The notes under the pieces were generated by a model. The model was not told the DNA's origin, did no database searches, and worked only from the letters and a program-made list of their open reading frames with translations. A program made the translations under genes and the position numbers. From Deltaproteobacteria bacterium (GTDB lineage Bacteria > Myxococcota_A > Polyangia > DRWM01 > JAAZOP01), in contig JACRCX010000097.1 of assembly GCA_016218815.1 (NCBI GenBank), positions 25,566 through 89,565 on the forward strand: DNA of 64,000 bases, read 5' to 3'. Positions 17,809 to 26,712 of this stretch are shown here, piece after piece. Position 1 is the first letter of the stretch; each line of letters opens with the position of its first letter.

Positions 17809-18819
17809 ATGGGGCTGGTTCTGGTCACCGGAGCTGCGGGCCACGTCGGCGGCAACCTCGTCCGTGCGCTCCTCGCGCAGGGCCGCAACGTGCGGGTCCT
17901 GGTCCACAACGACACGCGCGCGATCGATGGGCTGGACGTCGAGCGCGTGAAGGGCGACGTGCTCGATCCGGTGACGCTGCGGCCCGCGGTCGACGGCGCC
18001 GAGGTCGTGTACCATCTGGCGGCGATCATCACGATCGAGGGCGATCCCGATGGCCGGGTCCGCCGGACCAACGTCGAAGGCCCGCACAACGTCGTCCAGG
18101 CGTGCCTCGACGCGAAGGTCAAGCGCCTGGTCCACTTCAGCTCGATCCACGCGTTCGAACAGGCCCCGCTGCTCGAACAGCTCGACGAGAAGCGGCCGCT
18201 GGAGAAGAGCGGACGCGCGCCGGTCTACGATCAGACCAAGGCGGCGGGCCAGCGCGAGGTCTGGGACGGAGTGAAGAAGGGCCTCGACGCCGTCATCGTG
18301 CACCCGACCTCGGTCATCGGCCCCTTCGACTTCAAGCCGTCCCGGCTGGGCCAGGTGCTCCTGGACCTGTACTTCCGCCGCCTGCCCTCGCTGGTCGGCG
18401 GCGGGTTCGATTGGGTCGACGTGCGCGACATCGTCGCCGGGGCGATCGCGGCGGAAACCCGGGGGCAGACCGGCACGAATTACCTTCTGGCCGGCAAGTG
18501 GCGCACCGTGAAGGAGCTGGCGCACGTGGCGGCGTCCGTGACGGGTGTCCGTCCGCCCCGCTTCACCTCGCCCCTCTGGCTGGCGAAGGTCGGCGTCCCG
18601 TTCGCCGTGGGCTGGGCGAAGCTGACGCGGTCTCGCCCGCTCTACACCTTCGAATCGCTCCACGCGCTCCAGTACTCCAACCGGGTGATCTCCAGCGAGC
18701 GCGCCGAGGCCGACCTGGGCTACTCGGCGCGACCGCTGGAGGAGACGATCGCCGACTCGTACGCGTGGTTCCGCGAGGCCGGCATGCTCGAGGGGGCGAA
18801 GCGGAAGGCCGTGAGTTGA
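17809..18819 (+). CDS. NAD-dependent epimerase/dehydratase (3beta-HSD/dihydroflavonol reductase-like extended SDR)
   Basis: VLVTGAAGHVG, YHLAA, HFSS, YDQTK, DWVDVRD. Confidence 0.9.
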   Translation: MGLVLVTGAAGHVGGNLVRALLAQGRNVRVLVHNDTRAIDGLDVERVKGDVLDPVTLRPAVDGAEVVYHLAAIITIEGDPDGRVRRTNVEGPHNVVQACLDAKVKRLVHFSSIHAFEQAPLLEQLDEKRPLEKSGRAPVYDQTKAAGQREVWDGVKKGLDAVIVHPTSVIGPFDFKPSRLGQVLLDLYFRRLPSLVGGGFDWVDVRDIVAGAIAAETRGQTGTNYLLAGKWRTVKELAHVAASVTGVRPPRFTSPLWLAKVGVPFAVGWAKLTRSRPLYTFESLHALQYSNRVISSERAEADLGYSARPLEETIADSYAWFREAGMLEGAKRKAVS

Positions 18820-19577
18820 GCCCCGACGAACTCTATCGGCTCGTCTTCTGGGTCTGGCTCGGCATCGGCTCCGCCGTGTTCGTCCTGCTGCTCTTCGTGA
18901 CCGCCCCGTACGGACGCCACGGCCGCGGGGGATGGGGTCCGTCGATCCACTCCACGGCGGCCTGGGTCCTCATGGAGGCCCCCGCGCCGCTCGGGATGCT
19001 CGCCCTCTTCGCGATGGGCAACCGCACCACGGAGCTCGTCCCGCTGATCTTCCTGGTGCTGTGGGAAGCGCACTACCTCCAGCGCACCTTCGTCTTCCCG
19101 TTCCGGCGCCGCGCCGGCGACCGGCGGACGCCGCTGGTGATCGTCGCCATCGCGCTCCTGTTCAACCTGGTCAACGCCTACCTCCAGGGCGCCTGGCTCT
19201 TCGACCTCGGCCCTCGCCTCGGCCGCGACTGGCTCCTCGATCCCCGGTTCCTTTGCGGCGCGGCGCTGTTCGTCGCCGGTATGGCCATCAACATCCACTC
19301 GGACGAGGTGCTGCGCCGGCTCCGCAAGCCGGGCGAGTCCGGCTACAAGGTCCCGAGCGGGGGCCTGCACCGCCTGGTCGCCTCGCCCAACTACCTGGGT
19401 GAGCTGATGGAGTGGTTCGGGTGGGCCCTCTTCACCTGGTCCCTGGGCGGCATCGCCTTCGCCGTCTGGACCGCCGCCAACCTCGTGCCCCGCGCGATCT
19501 CCCACCGCCGCTGGTACCGCAAGACCTTCGCCGACTACCCCCCGGAGCGCAAGGCGCTGATCCCCTGGGTGCTGTGA
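18816..19577 (+). CDS. 3-oxo-5-alpha-steroid 4-dehydrogenase (steroid 5-alpha-reductase family)
   Basis: APYGRH, AWVLMEAP, HYLQR, NIHSDE.LR.LR, YKVPSGG, PNYLGE..EW, NLVPRAISHRRWY; TTG start overlaps the upstream TGA. Confidence 0.92.
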   Translation: MSPDELYRLVFWVWLGIGSAVFVLLLFVTAPYGRHGRGGWGPSIHSTAAWVLMEAPAPLGMLALFAMGNRTTELVPLIFLVLWEAHYLQRTFVFPFRRRAGDRRTPLVIVAIALLFNLVNAYLQGAWLFDLGPRLGRDWLLDPRFLCGAALFVAGMAINIHSDEVLRRLRKPGESGYKVPSGGLHRLVASPNYLGELMEWFGWALFTWSLGGIAFAVWTAANLVPRAISHRRWYRKTFADYPPERKALIPWVL

Positions 19578-19672
19578 CGGCACCGCGAACCCCGACGTGT
19601 TGACAGCACGGGGGACGGCTGAGAGCATCCGTGGCCGACGTCGTGCCGCAGGACGGAAAGGAGACCCCGTTC

Positions 19673-20197
19673 ATGACATTCCCGATTCCCTCACCGCTCC
19701 GCTCGATCCCGCTTCTGGTCGTCGCCGCCGCCTCGATCGCTCAGCCGGCGTGCCGCAAGAAGTCCGCCGCGTCCGGCGAGTCCGCCGCGACCACCGGACA
19801 CGCGGAGGTCGAGGCGGCCGCGACCCCGTCCGAGGTCGTCGGGCCCGACGGCGACGAGGCATCCACGGCTCGGCCGCCGGAGGGCCCCGGGACATCCGCT
19901 CCGCCCCAACCCGCCGACGCCGCCGCGGCCGATCCCGGGGACGCGGCAGCAGCCGCAACGCCGGACGCCGAGGCGACCGCCGCCGAGGACGCCCCGGCCG
20001 TCCCCGCCATCGATGCCGCGGCCCTCGTCCAGTCGCGCTGCACGCGCTGCCATACCGCGGCGCGCATCGAGCGCGCGCGCGGCCGCGATCGCGACTGGTG
20101 GGACCGGACGGTGGGGAGCATGGTCCGCAAGGGCGCCCGGATCAACGACGAGGAACGTGCGGCTTTGGTCGAGTACCTCAGCACCCCTGTCGAGTAG
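19673..20197 (+). CDS. Monoheme c-type cytochrome lipoprotein
   Basis: Leader ending QPAC, Ala/Asp/Pro linker, CTRCH heme motif and distal Met (TVGSM). Confidence 0.8.
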   Translation: MTFPIPSPLRSIPLLVVAAASIAQPACRKKSAASGESAATTGHAEVEAAATPSEVVGPDGDEASTARPPEGPGTSAPPQPADAAAADPGDAAAAATPDAEATAAEDAPAVPAIDAAALVQSRCTRCHTAARIERARGRDRDWWDRTVGSMVRKGARINDEERAALVEYLSTPVE

Positions 20198-20260
20198 GCG
20201 TTTCTCGTTTTTCGTTTCCGGATCCGGCGGGGCGCCGGGCAACAGGCCTGCCGCCCGCGC

Positions 20261-21358
20261 TCAGGGCCGCCACTGCTCCCCGATCCACTTCCACACGGCT
20301 TCCGCCCACGCCTCGGCCCGCTGGTTCCCGAAGTGGTCGTGGCCTCGGCCGGCGTTGGGAACGGCGACGGGGCGCGAATCGAAGTACGGGCACGACCCCG
20401 TCCGCCCCCGTGCTTCCTCGACGAACTCGTCGACACCTGCCAGGCGCGGGGGGCCGATCCAGAAGCAGCGGCGCTCGCCGACCCGCTCCGCCAGCCGGTC
20501 CCACCAGTGCAGGTATTCCGCCGGATCGTGCAGGTCGAACTCGTTGGTCCCGAGCGTCACGATGACGACGTCCGGCGCGACGTCACGCAGCAGCCCCGCC
20601 AGCCGATCGGAGCCGAGCCAGCGGGGAGCCCCGGCGCCCTCCCAACCTTCGAGGCGGTAGGTGCCGCCCGCCTCGCGGACCAACTCGCCCAGGCGCCTGC
20701 CGTAGCGCCCCGCCGCCAACGAGTCCCCGATGTGCAGCACCGACAGGCCCGCCCACGTCACTCGCACCTCGGCCGGCGGCGGCTCCAGGAGGACCTCGTC
20801 CCCACGGTCGTCGACCAGACGAAGGGCAAGGCGCAGCGACACCAGGCCGGCGGCGGTCGGCGCGCGGACCGGGGCCAGGGGCAGACGCAGGGAAGCCTCC
20901 GGCTCGATCGTGATCCACTCGCCCGCCTCCGGCAAGGCGGGCGCTGTCCCGGCGCCGAGCCGCACGCTTGCCGTGCCGCCACCCTCGAGCTCGATTCGCA
21001 TCGCGGGCGGGGCACCCGAGCCGGCGTCGGCGAACCGCACGTGGGCCGCCGTGACTCCCCGGTTTTCGAGCAGGAGAGCCACCTCGAACGGACGGTCCGC
21101 GACGACTTCCTCGGGCACCACGAGACGCCCGACGAGCGGCGGAACGGGCATCGACGTCCCTTCGCCGCCGTCTTCGAACGGAGAGGACGTCTCCGGCGTC
21201 GTCGTCGAGCCCGCGTCGACCGGCGCCGGCATGACCACGTCGAGCGCACCCGCGGGCGCGCTGCGACCCGAACCGGCCGCCGGCTCCGCGGTTCCACGGC
21301 AGGCGAGGGCGGCGAACGGCAGGAGGAGGATTGGCAGGCAACTGCGGCGTCCGGGCAT
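20261..21358 (-). CDS. SGNH/GDSL hydrolase-domain lipoprotein
   Basis: Lipobox ALAC; IGDSL block I, LGTNE block III, DHF block V. Confidence 0.8.
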   Translation of the reverse strand: MPGRRSCLPILLLPFAALACRGTAEPAAGSGRSAPAGALDVVMPAPVDAGSTTTPETSSPFEDGGEGTSMPVPPLVGRLVVPEEVVADRPFEVALLLENRGVTAAHVRFADAGSGAPPAMRIELEGGGTASVRLGAGTAPALPEAGEWITIEPEASLRLPLAPVRAPTAAGLVSLRLALRLVDDRGDEVLLEPPPAEVRVTWAGLSVLHIGDSLAAGRYGRRLGELVREAGGTYRLEGWEGAGAPRWLGSDRLAGLLRDVAPDVVIVTLGTNEFDLHDPAEYLHWWDRLAERVGERRCFWIGPPRLAGVDEFVEEARGRTGSCPYFDSRPVAVPNAGRGHDHFGNQRAEAWAEAVWKWIGEQWRP

Positions 21359-21496
21359 CGGCAGGTAGTAGTACCACTACTCGGGGAGAACGGAGCGCCA
21401 ATCAGCCGGACGTGCAGCGGACGAGGCTTCAGCCCCGGGAAGCGCTGGACCCGGAACGCCGGCTGCGGTACACCCGCGTTCGGGAGGAGACACCCC

Positions 21497-22855
21497 ATGC
21501 AACGAACGACCTGTCTCGCGCTCGGTCTGGCCCTCACCGCCCTGTCCGGGTGCACGTCGGACGGCGGCTCGTCCGCGGACGACGGGGGCATCGACGTCCC
21601 GCCCGGAGACGACGCCGGGATTGACACGCCGCCCGGAGACGACGCCGCACCCCCCCCGGACGGCGGTGACGAATCCGACGCGACGGTCCCCGACGACGGC
21701 ACGACGGACTTGCCGCCCGCGGAGGACGCCGGCGCCGACGAGACGACCCCGCCGCCGTGCTCCACGACGCTCGCCGATCGCCTGCGGGTGACCACCGTCG
21801 ACGTCTCGCCCTACACCGTCGAAACCTACGGCGGCGGGTACTGGTCGGCCGATCGGCCGGTGAGCCTGGCGACCCAACCGGACGGTTCGTCGCGCGTGGC
21901 CTGGACCGACGGCACCGGCGCGGTCCACGTGACGCCGCTGGACGCCTCCGACGCCCGGCGCAGCACCGACTGGAGCGGGCCGGGAACCGAGTTGCGCGGC
22001 TTCGTCGCGATGGACGACGGCGCCGCGGTGCTCGTGCGCCGGGACGACGAAATGGTCGCCGTGCGCTTCGGCGACTCGGACGGCGTCCGGTTCACGGTCG
22101 TCACCGTCGGCGGGTCGTCGCACGACGTCGAGAACTCGCGCTGGATCGACGACTGGTCGCACGACGGCCGCCTCGCCTGGTCCGGCACGCAGCTCGCCAT
22201 CTACCACGGCCAGACGGGCAACTGGGGTTCCTCGGGCAACCATCAGGGCGACCGGCTCGAGTACCTCGACGCCTCGGGAGCGCGCAGCGGCGCCGGCTGG
22301 GACTGGGGCTGCTCCCACAGCCTCGACGTACGCCTGGCCTGGAACGGCACGGCGTTCGGCCCCGTGTGCCTCTCGGACTGCTATCCGGGGAAGGGGATCT
22401 ACTTCGCCCACAACTACCTGGTTCGCGACGAACCGTCCGGGAATTGCGCGGGAACCAGCGACGCCTCGCTCGGCGGCCTCGTCCCCGTCGCCGACGGCTT
22501 CTGGCTCAGTTTCGTCACGCGCGAGGGGCGCGCCTCGGCGGACGTCGGGCTGGTCCATGTTGCAAACGACGGGACGCCGGGGACCCCGTTCTTCCTGACC
22601 GACACCGCCGGTCGCGACGAGTCCGCGGCGCACCTGGCCGCCTACGGCCCGAACCTCCTCGCGGCGTGGCAAGACCGGACCGAGGCGAACTTCGCCGTCG
22701 TGTCCTCGGCGGGCACCTTCGTGGAGGGACCGGTGGTGCTGACGGCGTCGTTCGCGGCGCGGGACGACTTCGTCAACTGGCCGAACGGCGACGCCGGCTG
22801 GGCCGTCGGCGCGGGGTCGGCGTTGCAGGTGTATCGCCTGGCGCGGTGCGAGTAG
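21497..22855 (+). CDS. Hypothetical lipoprotein (acidic linker + beta-rich domain)
   Basis: GGAGGAG RBS, lipobox LSGC, PPGDDA repeats, Trp/Gly-rich domain with HQGD and WGCSHS. Confidence 0.8.
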   Translation: MQRTTCLALGLALTALSGCTSDGGSSADDGGIDVPPGDDAGIDTPPGDDAAPPPDGGDESDATVPDDGTTDLPPAEDAGADETTPPPCSTTLADRLRVTTVDVSPYTVETYGGGYWSADRPVSLATQPDGSSRVAWTDGTGAVHVTPLDASDARRSTDWSGPGTELRGFVAMDDGAAVLVRRDDEMVAVRFGDSDGVRFTVVTVGGSSHDVENSRWIDDWSHDGRLAWSGTQLAIYHGQTGNWGSSGNHQGDRLEYLDASGARSGAGWDWGCSHSLDVRLAWNGTAFGPVCLSDCYPGKGIYFAHNYLVRDEPSGNCAGTSDASLGGLVPVADGFWLSFVTREGRASADVGLVHVANDGTPGTPFFLTDTAGRDESAAHLAAYGPNLLAAWQDRTEANFAVVSSAGTFVEGPVVLTASFAARDDFVNWPNGDAGWAVGAGSALQVYRLARCE

Positions 22856-22862
22856 CACGGAA

Positions 22863-22931
22863 GCGAGCGGTCGAGAGGGGCAGGCGAGCGGACGAGCGGA
22901 CGAGCGGACGGGCGGGCAGGCGAGCGGACGC
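22863..22931. repeat. 8-bp-period intergenic tandem repeat (GAGCGGAC)
   Basis: gcgagcggacgagcggacgagcggacg; an inverted relative lies at 28706-28817. Confidence 0.75.
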
Positions 22932-22948
22932 GGGAAGGGAGGTGCGGT

Positions 22949-23773
22949 GTGGGATGGTTCGACGACCGGGTGGCGCTGGTGACGGGGGCGTCCTCGGGGA
23001 TCGGCGCGGCATTGGCGCGGGAGTTCGCGCGCGAAGGTGCGGACGTGGTGCTCTGTGCGCGGCGCGAGGAGCTGCTGCGAACGGTGGCGAAGGACGTGGA
23101 GGCGGCAGGGCGGAAGGCCCTGATCGCCGGGTGCGACGTCACGAAGGACGGCGACTGCGAGCGGGCGGTGGCGGCGGCGCTCGAGCGTTTCGGAAAGCTC
23201 GACGTCGTCGTCGCCAACGCGGGCTTCGGAGTGATCGGCCGGGTCGACGAGATCGGTCTGGAGGACTACCGCCGCCAGATGGAGGTCAACGTCTTCGGCG
23301 TGCTGCGCACGCTGTATGCCTCGCTGCCGGAGCTGAAAAAGACCCGCGGACGTTTCGTCGTCACGGGCAGCGTGAGCGGCCACCTGCCGCTGGGCAACAC
23401 CTCTGCCTACTGCATGAGCAAGTTCGCCGTGCGAGGGTGGGCGGAGGCGGCGCACGACGAGCTGGCCCGCGACGGCGTGACCGTGACCCTGGTCAGCCCG
23501 GGCTTCGTGGAGACCGACATCCGGCGCATCGACAACCAGGGGAAGCTTCGCGAGGGCGCACGCGACCCGATCCCCAAGTGGCTGCGCTTGTCGGCCGAGG
23601 ACGCGGCGCGCTCGATCGTGGTCGCCGCCGCGGACCGCAAGCGCGAGATCGTTCTCACGTTCCACGGGAAGGCGGCCGTCTTCGCCTACCGGCATTTCCC
23701 GTGGCTCGTCCACGGGGTCCTGGCGCGCGCCGTGGGGAAGAAGCGATCGCGGGCGTTCCGGGAAGAGAAGTGA
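22949..23773 (+). CDS. SDR family oxidoreductase
   Basis: TGASSGIG, ANAG, YCMSK, SPGFVET. Confidence 0.93.
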   Translation: MGWFDDRVALVTGASSGIGAALAREFAREGADVVLCARREELLRTVAKDVEAAGRKALIAGCDVTKDGDCERAVAAALERFGKLDVVVANAGFGVIGRVDEIGLEDYRRQMEVNVFGVLRTLYASLPELKKTRGRFVVTGSVSGHLPLGNTSAYCMSKFAVRGWAEAAHDELARDGVTVTLVSPGFVETDIRRIDNQGKLREGARDPIPKWLRLSAEDAARSIVVAAADRKREIVLTFHGKAAVFAYRHFPWLVHGVLARAVGKKRSRAFREEK

Positions 23774-23788
23774 GCGTCCGGCGAGGGT

Positions 23789-23983
23789 GCAGTTTTCGGT
23801 GTTCGGTTTTCGGTCTTCAGCCCCTACCGGGGGGTCCGGACTGATCTACTACCTTCCGATTCCTTCGCGGCACGCGAAGGAACTGTCGACTCTCGACTCT
23901 CGACTGTTGACGCGTGGCCAGGGGCCGCTTTGGTTGCGGCCCCTGGCCGCGCTATGAACCGAGAACTGAGAACCGAGAACTAC
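23789..23983. repeat. 7-bp-period repeat clusters between convergent genes
   Basis: gttttcggtgttcggttttcgg, tcgactctcgactctcgac and gaaccgagaactgagaaccgagaact. Confidence 0.7.
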
Positions 23984-25212
23984 GAAGCCGCCGGCACGGG
24001 CGCCTGCCGCCTCGCACCCACCAACGCACGAATCGCGGCGTCCAGCCCGTCCAGGGTGAGGGCGTACATCGGAAAGATGCGGGCGATGACGGACGCGGTG
24101 CCGTGGCGCCACGCCTGGGGCGGCTCGGGGTTGAGCCACGCGGCGCGGGGCCAGCGGCGCGCAAAGCGCAACAGCCAGTCGCGGCCCGCCTCGGGGTCGT
24201 TCTCGTAGCGGTACAGCGCACCCCAGGGGTCCATCAGCTCGCTGGGCGCCATCGACGCGTCGCCCACCAGCAGCAGCTTGTACCGCTCGTCCAGCAGCCG
24301 CATCACGTCGCCCGTGCGCACGCCCTCCTGGAGCCAGTTGTCCTGGTAGATCTTCCCGTAGACGCAGTTGTGGAAGAAGTAGAAGCGAAAGTCCTTCAGG
24401 TGCCGCGAGGCGTGGGCGGCGGAGAAGAGGTGCTCGACGAGCTGCGCGTAGGGCTCCATCGAGCCCCCGACGTCCATCATCAGCACCAGCTTCACGTCGT
24501 TGATCCGCGGCGCGCGGAAGATCAGCTCCAGCTCGCCCGCGTTCTTCGTCGTCTGGCGGATCGTCCCGTCCAGGTCCAGCTCGTCCTTGCAGCCCTCGCG
24601 CCGGAGCTGCCGCAGCCCGCGCAACGCCACCTTGAGCTGCCGCGTGTCCAGGACCCGGTCGTGGCGGTAGGTGCGGAAACGCCGCTCCTCGGCGACGCGG
24701 ATCGCGCTACGCGCACCTCCCGGCCCTCCGACGCGTAAACCCGACGGATGCCGGCCGCCGTGGCCGAACGGCGACGTCCCGCCGGTGCCGATCCAGTGGC
24801 TGCCGCCGTGGTGCGCCTCCTGCTGCTCCCGGAGCCGCTCCTCGAACATCTTGAGCAGCTCCTCCAGACCCAAGGTCTTGAGCTGCGCCAGCAGCTCGGG
24901 CGAGAGCGTCCGATCCCAACGCAACGGGTCGGCCAGCCACTCGCGCAGCTTCTCGGGCAAGTCGATCGGCAACTCGAGCCCCCGGAAGACCTCCAGGAAC
25001 GCCTCGTCGAAGGCGTCGAAGTGCGCCTCGGTCTTGACCAGCAGCGACCGGCACAGGTGGTAGAAGCCCGTCAACGTCTGCCGCTCCAGCCCCAGCGACA
25101 GCGCCTGCATCAGCGCCAGCCACTCCTGGAGCGAGACCGGCACCCCCCTCTTGCGCAGCGCGAAAAACAGGTCGAGGAACACCCCCGTCGCCTGCGTGCT
25201 GCCTGCGTTCAT
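23980..25212 (-). CDS. VWA domain-containing protein (CoxE-like partner of MoxR)
   Basis: WIGTGGTSPFGHGG, MDVGGSM MIDAS, YFFHNCVY, VGDASMAP.EL, WLNPEP; ATGA overlap with the MoxR stop. Confidence 0.9.
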   Translation of the reverse strand: MNAGSTQATGVFLDLFFALRKRGVPVSLQEWLALMQALSLGLERQTLTGFYHLCRSLLVKTEAHFDAFDEAFLEVFRGLELPIDLPEKLREWLADPLRWDRTLSPELLAQLKTLGLEELLKMFEERLREQQEAHHGGSHWIGTGGTSPFGHGGRHPSGLRVGGPGGARSAIRVAEERRFRTYRHDRVLDTRQLKVALRGLRQLRREGCKDELDLDGTIRQTTKNAGELELIFRAPRINDVKLVLMMDVGGSMEPYAQLVEHLFSAAHASRHLKDFRFYFFHNCVYGKIYQDNWLQEGVRTGDVMRLLDERYKLLLVGDASMAPSELMDPWGALYRYENDPEAGRDWLLRFARRWPRAAWLNPEPPQAWRHGTASVIARIFPMYALTLDGLDAAIRALVGARRQAPVPAAS

Positions 25213-26075
25213 CGCCATCGATAATCCGCGCCGGGCTTGCGCGGCTGGGTGCGCCCGTGGATCGCGGCCGAGGCGACCTCGAAGTCGGTCTCCTTCTTGA
25301 TCAGCGTCCCCAGGAACGGGACGTCGTTCTTGAGCGCGTCCACGCCGAGCCCTCCCCGCTGGAGCGCCGCGATCCAGTCGATCAGCTCGGACGTCGACGG
25401 CGGCTTGCGCAGCTCGACGTTCTCCCGCAGCCAGTAGAAGCGCTCCAGGCACTTCTCCAACAGCTTCTGCGGCAGGTCGGGATGATGGACGCGGACGATC
25501 TGCGCCATCAGCTCGGCGCCCGGGAACTCGATGAAGTGGAAGACGCAGCGGCGCAGGAACGCGTCCGGCAGCTCCTTCTCGTTGTTGCTCGTGATGAGCA
25601 CCACCGGCCGCTGCCGCGCGACGAACTCGTCCCCTGTCTCCTGCACGGTGAAGCGCATCTCGTCCAACTCGCGCAGGAGGTCGTTGGGAAACTCGAGGTC
25701 GGCCTTGTCGATCTCATCGATCAGGAGCACGACGCGCTGCTCGGCGCGGAACGCCTCGCCCAGCGGGCCGGGACGGATGTACTGGCGGATGTCGCGGACG
25801 TCCTTGTCGCCGAAGCGCGAGTCGTGCAGGCGCGCCACCGTGTCGTAGACGTACAGCCCCTCGGCCGCCTTGGTGGTGGACTTGATGTACCACTTGATGA
25901 GCGGCATCCCGAGCGCCTCGGCCACGTTCTCGGCCAGGAGCGTCTTGCCCGTGCCGGGCTCGCCGCGGACCAGGAGCGGGCGGGCGAGCGCCACGGCGAC
26001 GTTGACCGCGTCGCGCAGCTCGGGGGACGCGATGTACCGTTTCGTGCCCTGGAATAGATCGAACCGCTGCGGCAT
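25209..26075 (-). CDS. MoxR family AAA+ ATPase
   Basis: GEPGTGKT, LLIDEIDKAD.EFPNDLL, TSNNEKELPDAFLRRC. Confidence 0.95.
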   Translation of the reverse strand: MPQRFDLFQGTKRYIASPELRDAVNVAVALARPLLVRGEPGTGKTLLAENVAEALGMPLIKWYIKSTTKAAEGLYVYDTVARLHDSRFGDKDVRDIRQYIRPGPLGEAFRAEQRVVLLIDEIDKADLEFPNDLLRELDEMRFTVQETGDEFVARQRPVVLITSNNEKELPDAFLRRCVFHFIEFPGAELMAQIVRVHHPDLPQKLLEKCLERFYWLRENVELRKPPSTSELIDWIAALQRGGLGVDALKNDVPFLGTLIKKETDFEVASAAIHGRTQPRKPGADYRWR

Positions 26076-26154
26076 GAAACCTCTGCTCCCCCACACGAAG
26101 ACCGCGATCCTTGTACTCGACGAGGGTGGGGGGGGCAAGGGGGGAAGGGAATTT

Positions 26155-26192
26155 CGCGCAAAGGGCGCAAAGAAACGCAAAGAGGCGCAAAG
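26155..26192. repeat. CGCAAAG 9/10-bp-period intergenic repeat
   Basis: cgcgcaaagggcgcaaagaaacgcaaagaggcgcaaag; inverted relatives at 31672-31710, 45599-45635, 45696-45716 and 49263-49300. Confidence 0.8.
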
Positions 26193-26213
26193 GGGGGGAG
26201 CAGGCGGGCAGGG

Positions 26214-26651
26214 TCAGCCGGGGTACTTGCCCATGATGTAGTCGGTCAGGTGCCGGACCTCGACCTCGGCCTGCTGGGCCTTGGCCTTGACCACGTCGCC
26301 GATGGAAACGATGCCGGCCAGACGGCCGTCGTCCATGATCGGCAGGTGGCGGATGCGCCGGGCGGTCATGAGGTCCATGACGTAGTCCAGCGAATCGCCG
26401 GGAATGCCGATCAGGACGTCCCGGGTCATGACGTCGGACGTCTTCCGGGCTTTCAGCTCGTCGAAGTGCCGGGCGTTCTCCCGCAGCAAGTCGCGCTCGG
26501 TGAGGATGCCCACGATTCGCTCTCCTTCGATCACGAGCAGAGCGCCGACGCCGGCTTCCGTCAACGTCTTGACGGCCTGGTACAGCGGCGTGTCCGGGCC
26601 GATGGAAACGACTGTCGAACCCTTGTTGCGTAGGATCTCGGCGACCGTCAT
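26214..26651 (-). CDS. CBS domain pair protein
   Basis: GILTERD, VMT, IRHLP, GIVSIGDVVK. Confidence 0.93.
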   Translation of the reverse strand: MTVAEILRNKGSTVVSIGPDTPLYQAVKTLTEAGVGALLVIEGERIVGILTERDLLRENARHFDELKARKTSDVMTRDVLIGIPGDSLDYVMDLMTARRIRHLPIMDDGRLAGIVSIGDVVKAKAQQAEVEVRHLTDYIMGKYPG

Positions 26652-26712
26652 GGCTCCCTCCTTCACGGGACAGCCATAAGCCCTCGATCCGAAAGGTCAA
26701 CCGGGGTGCGGC

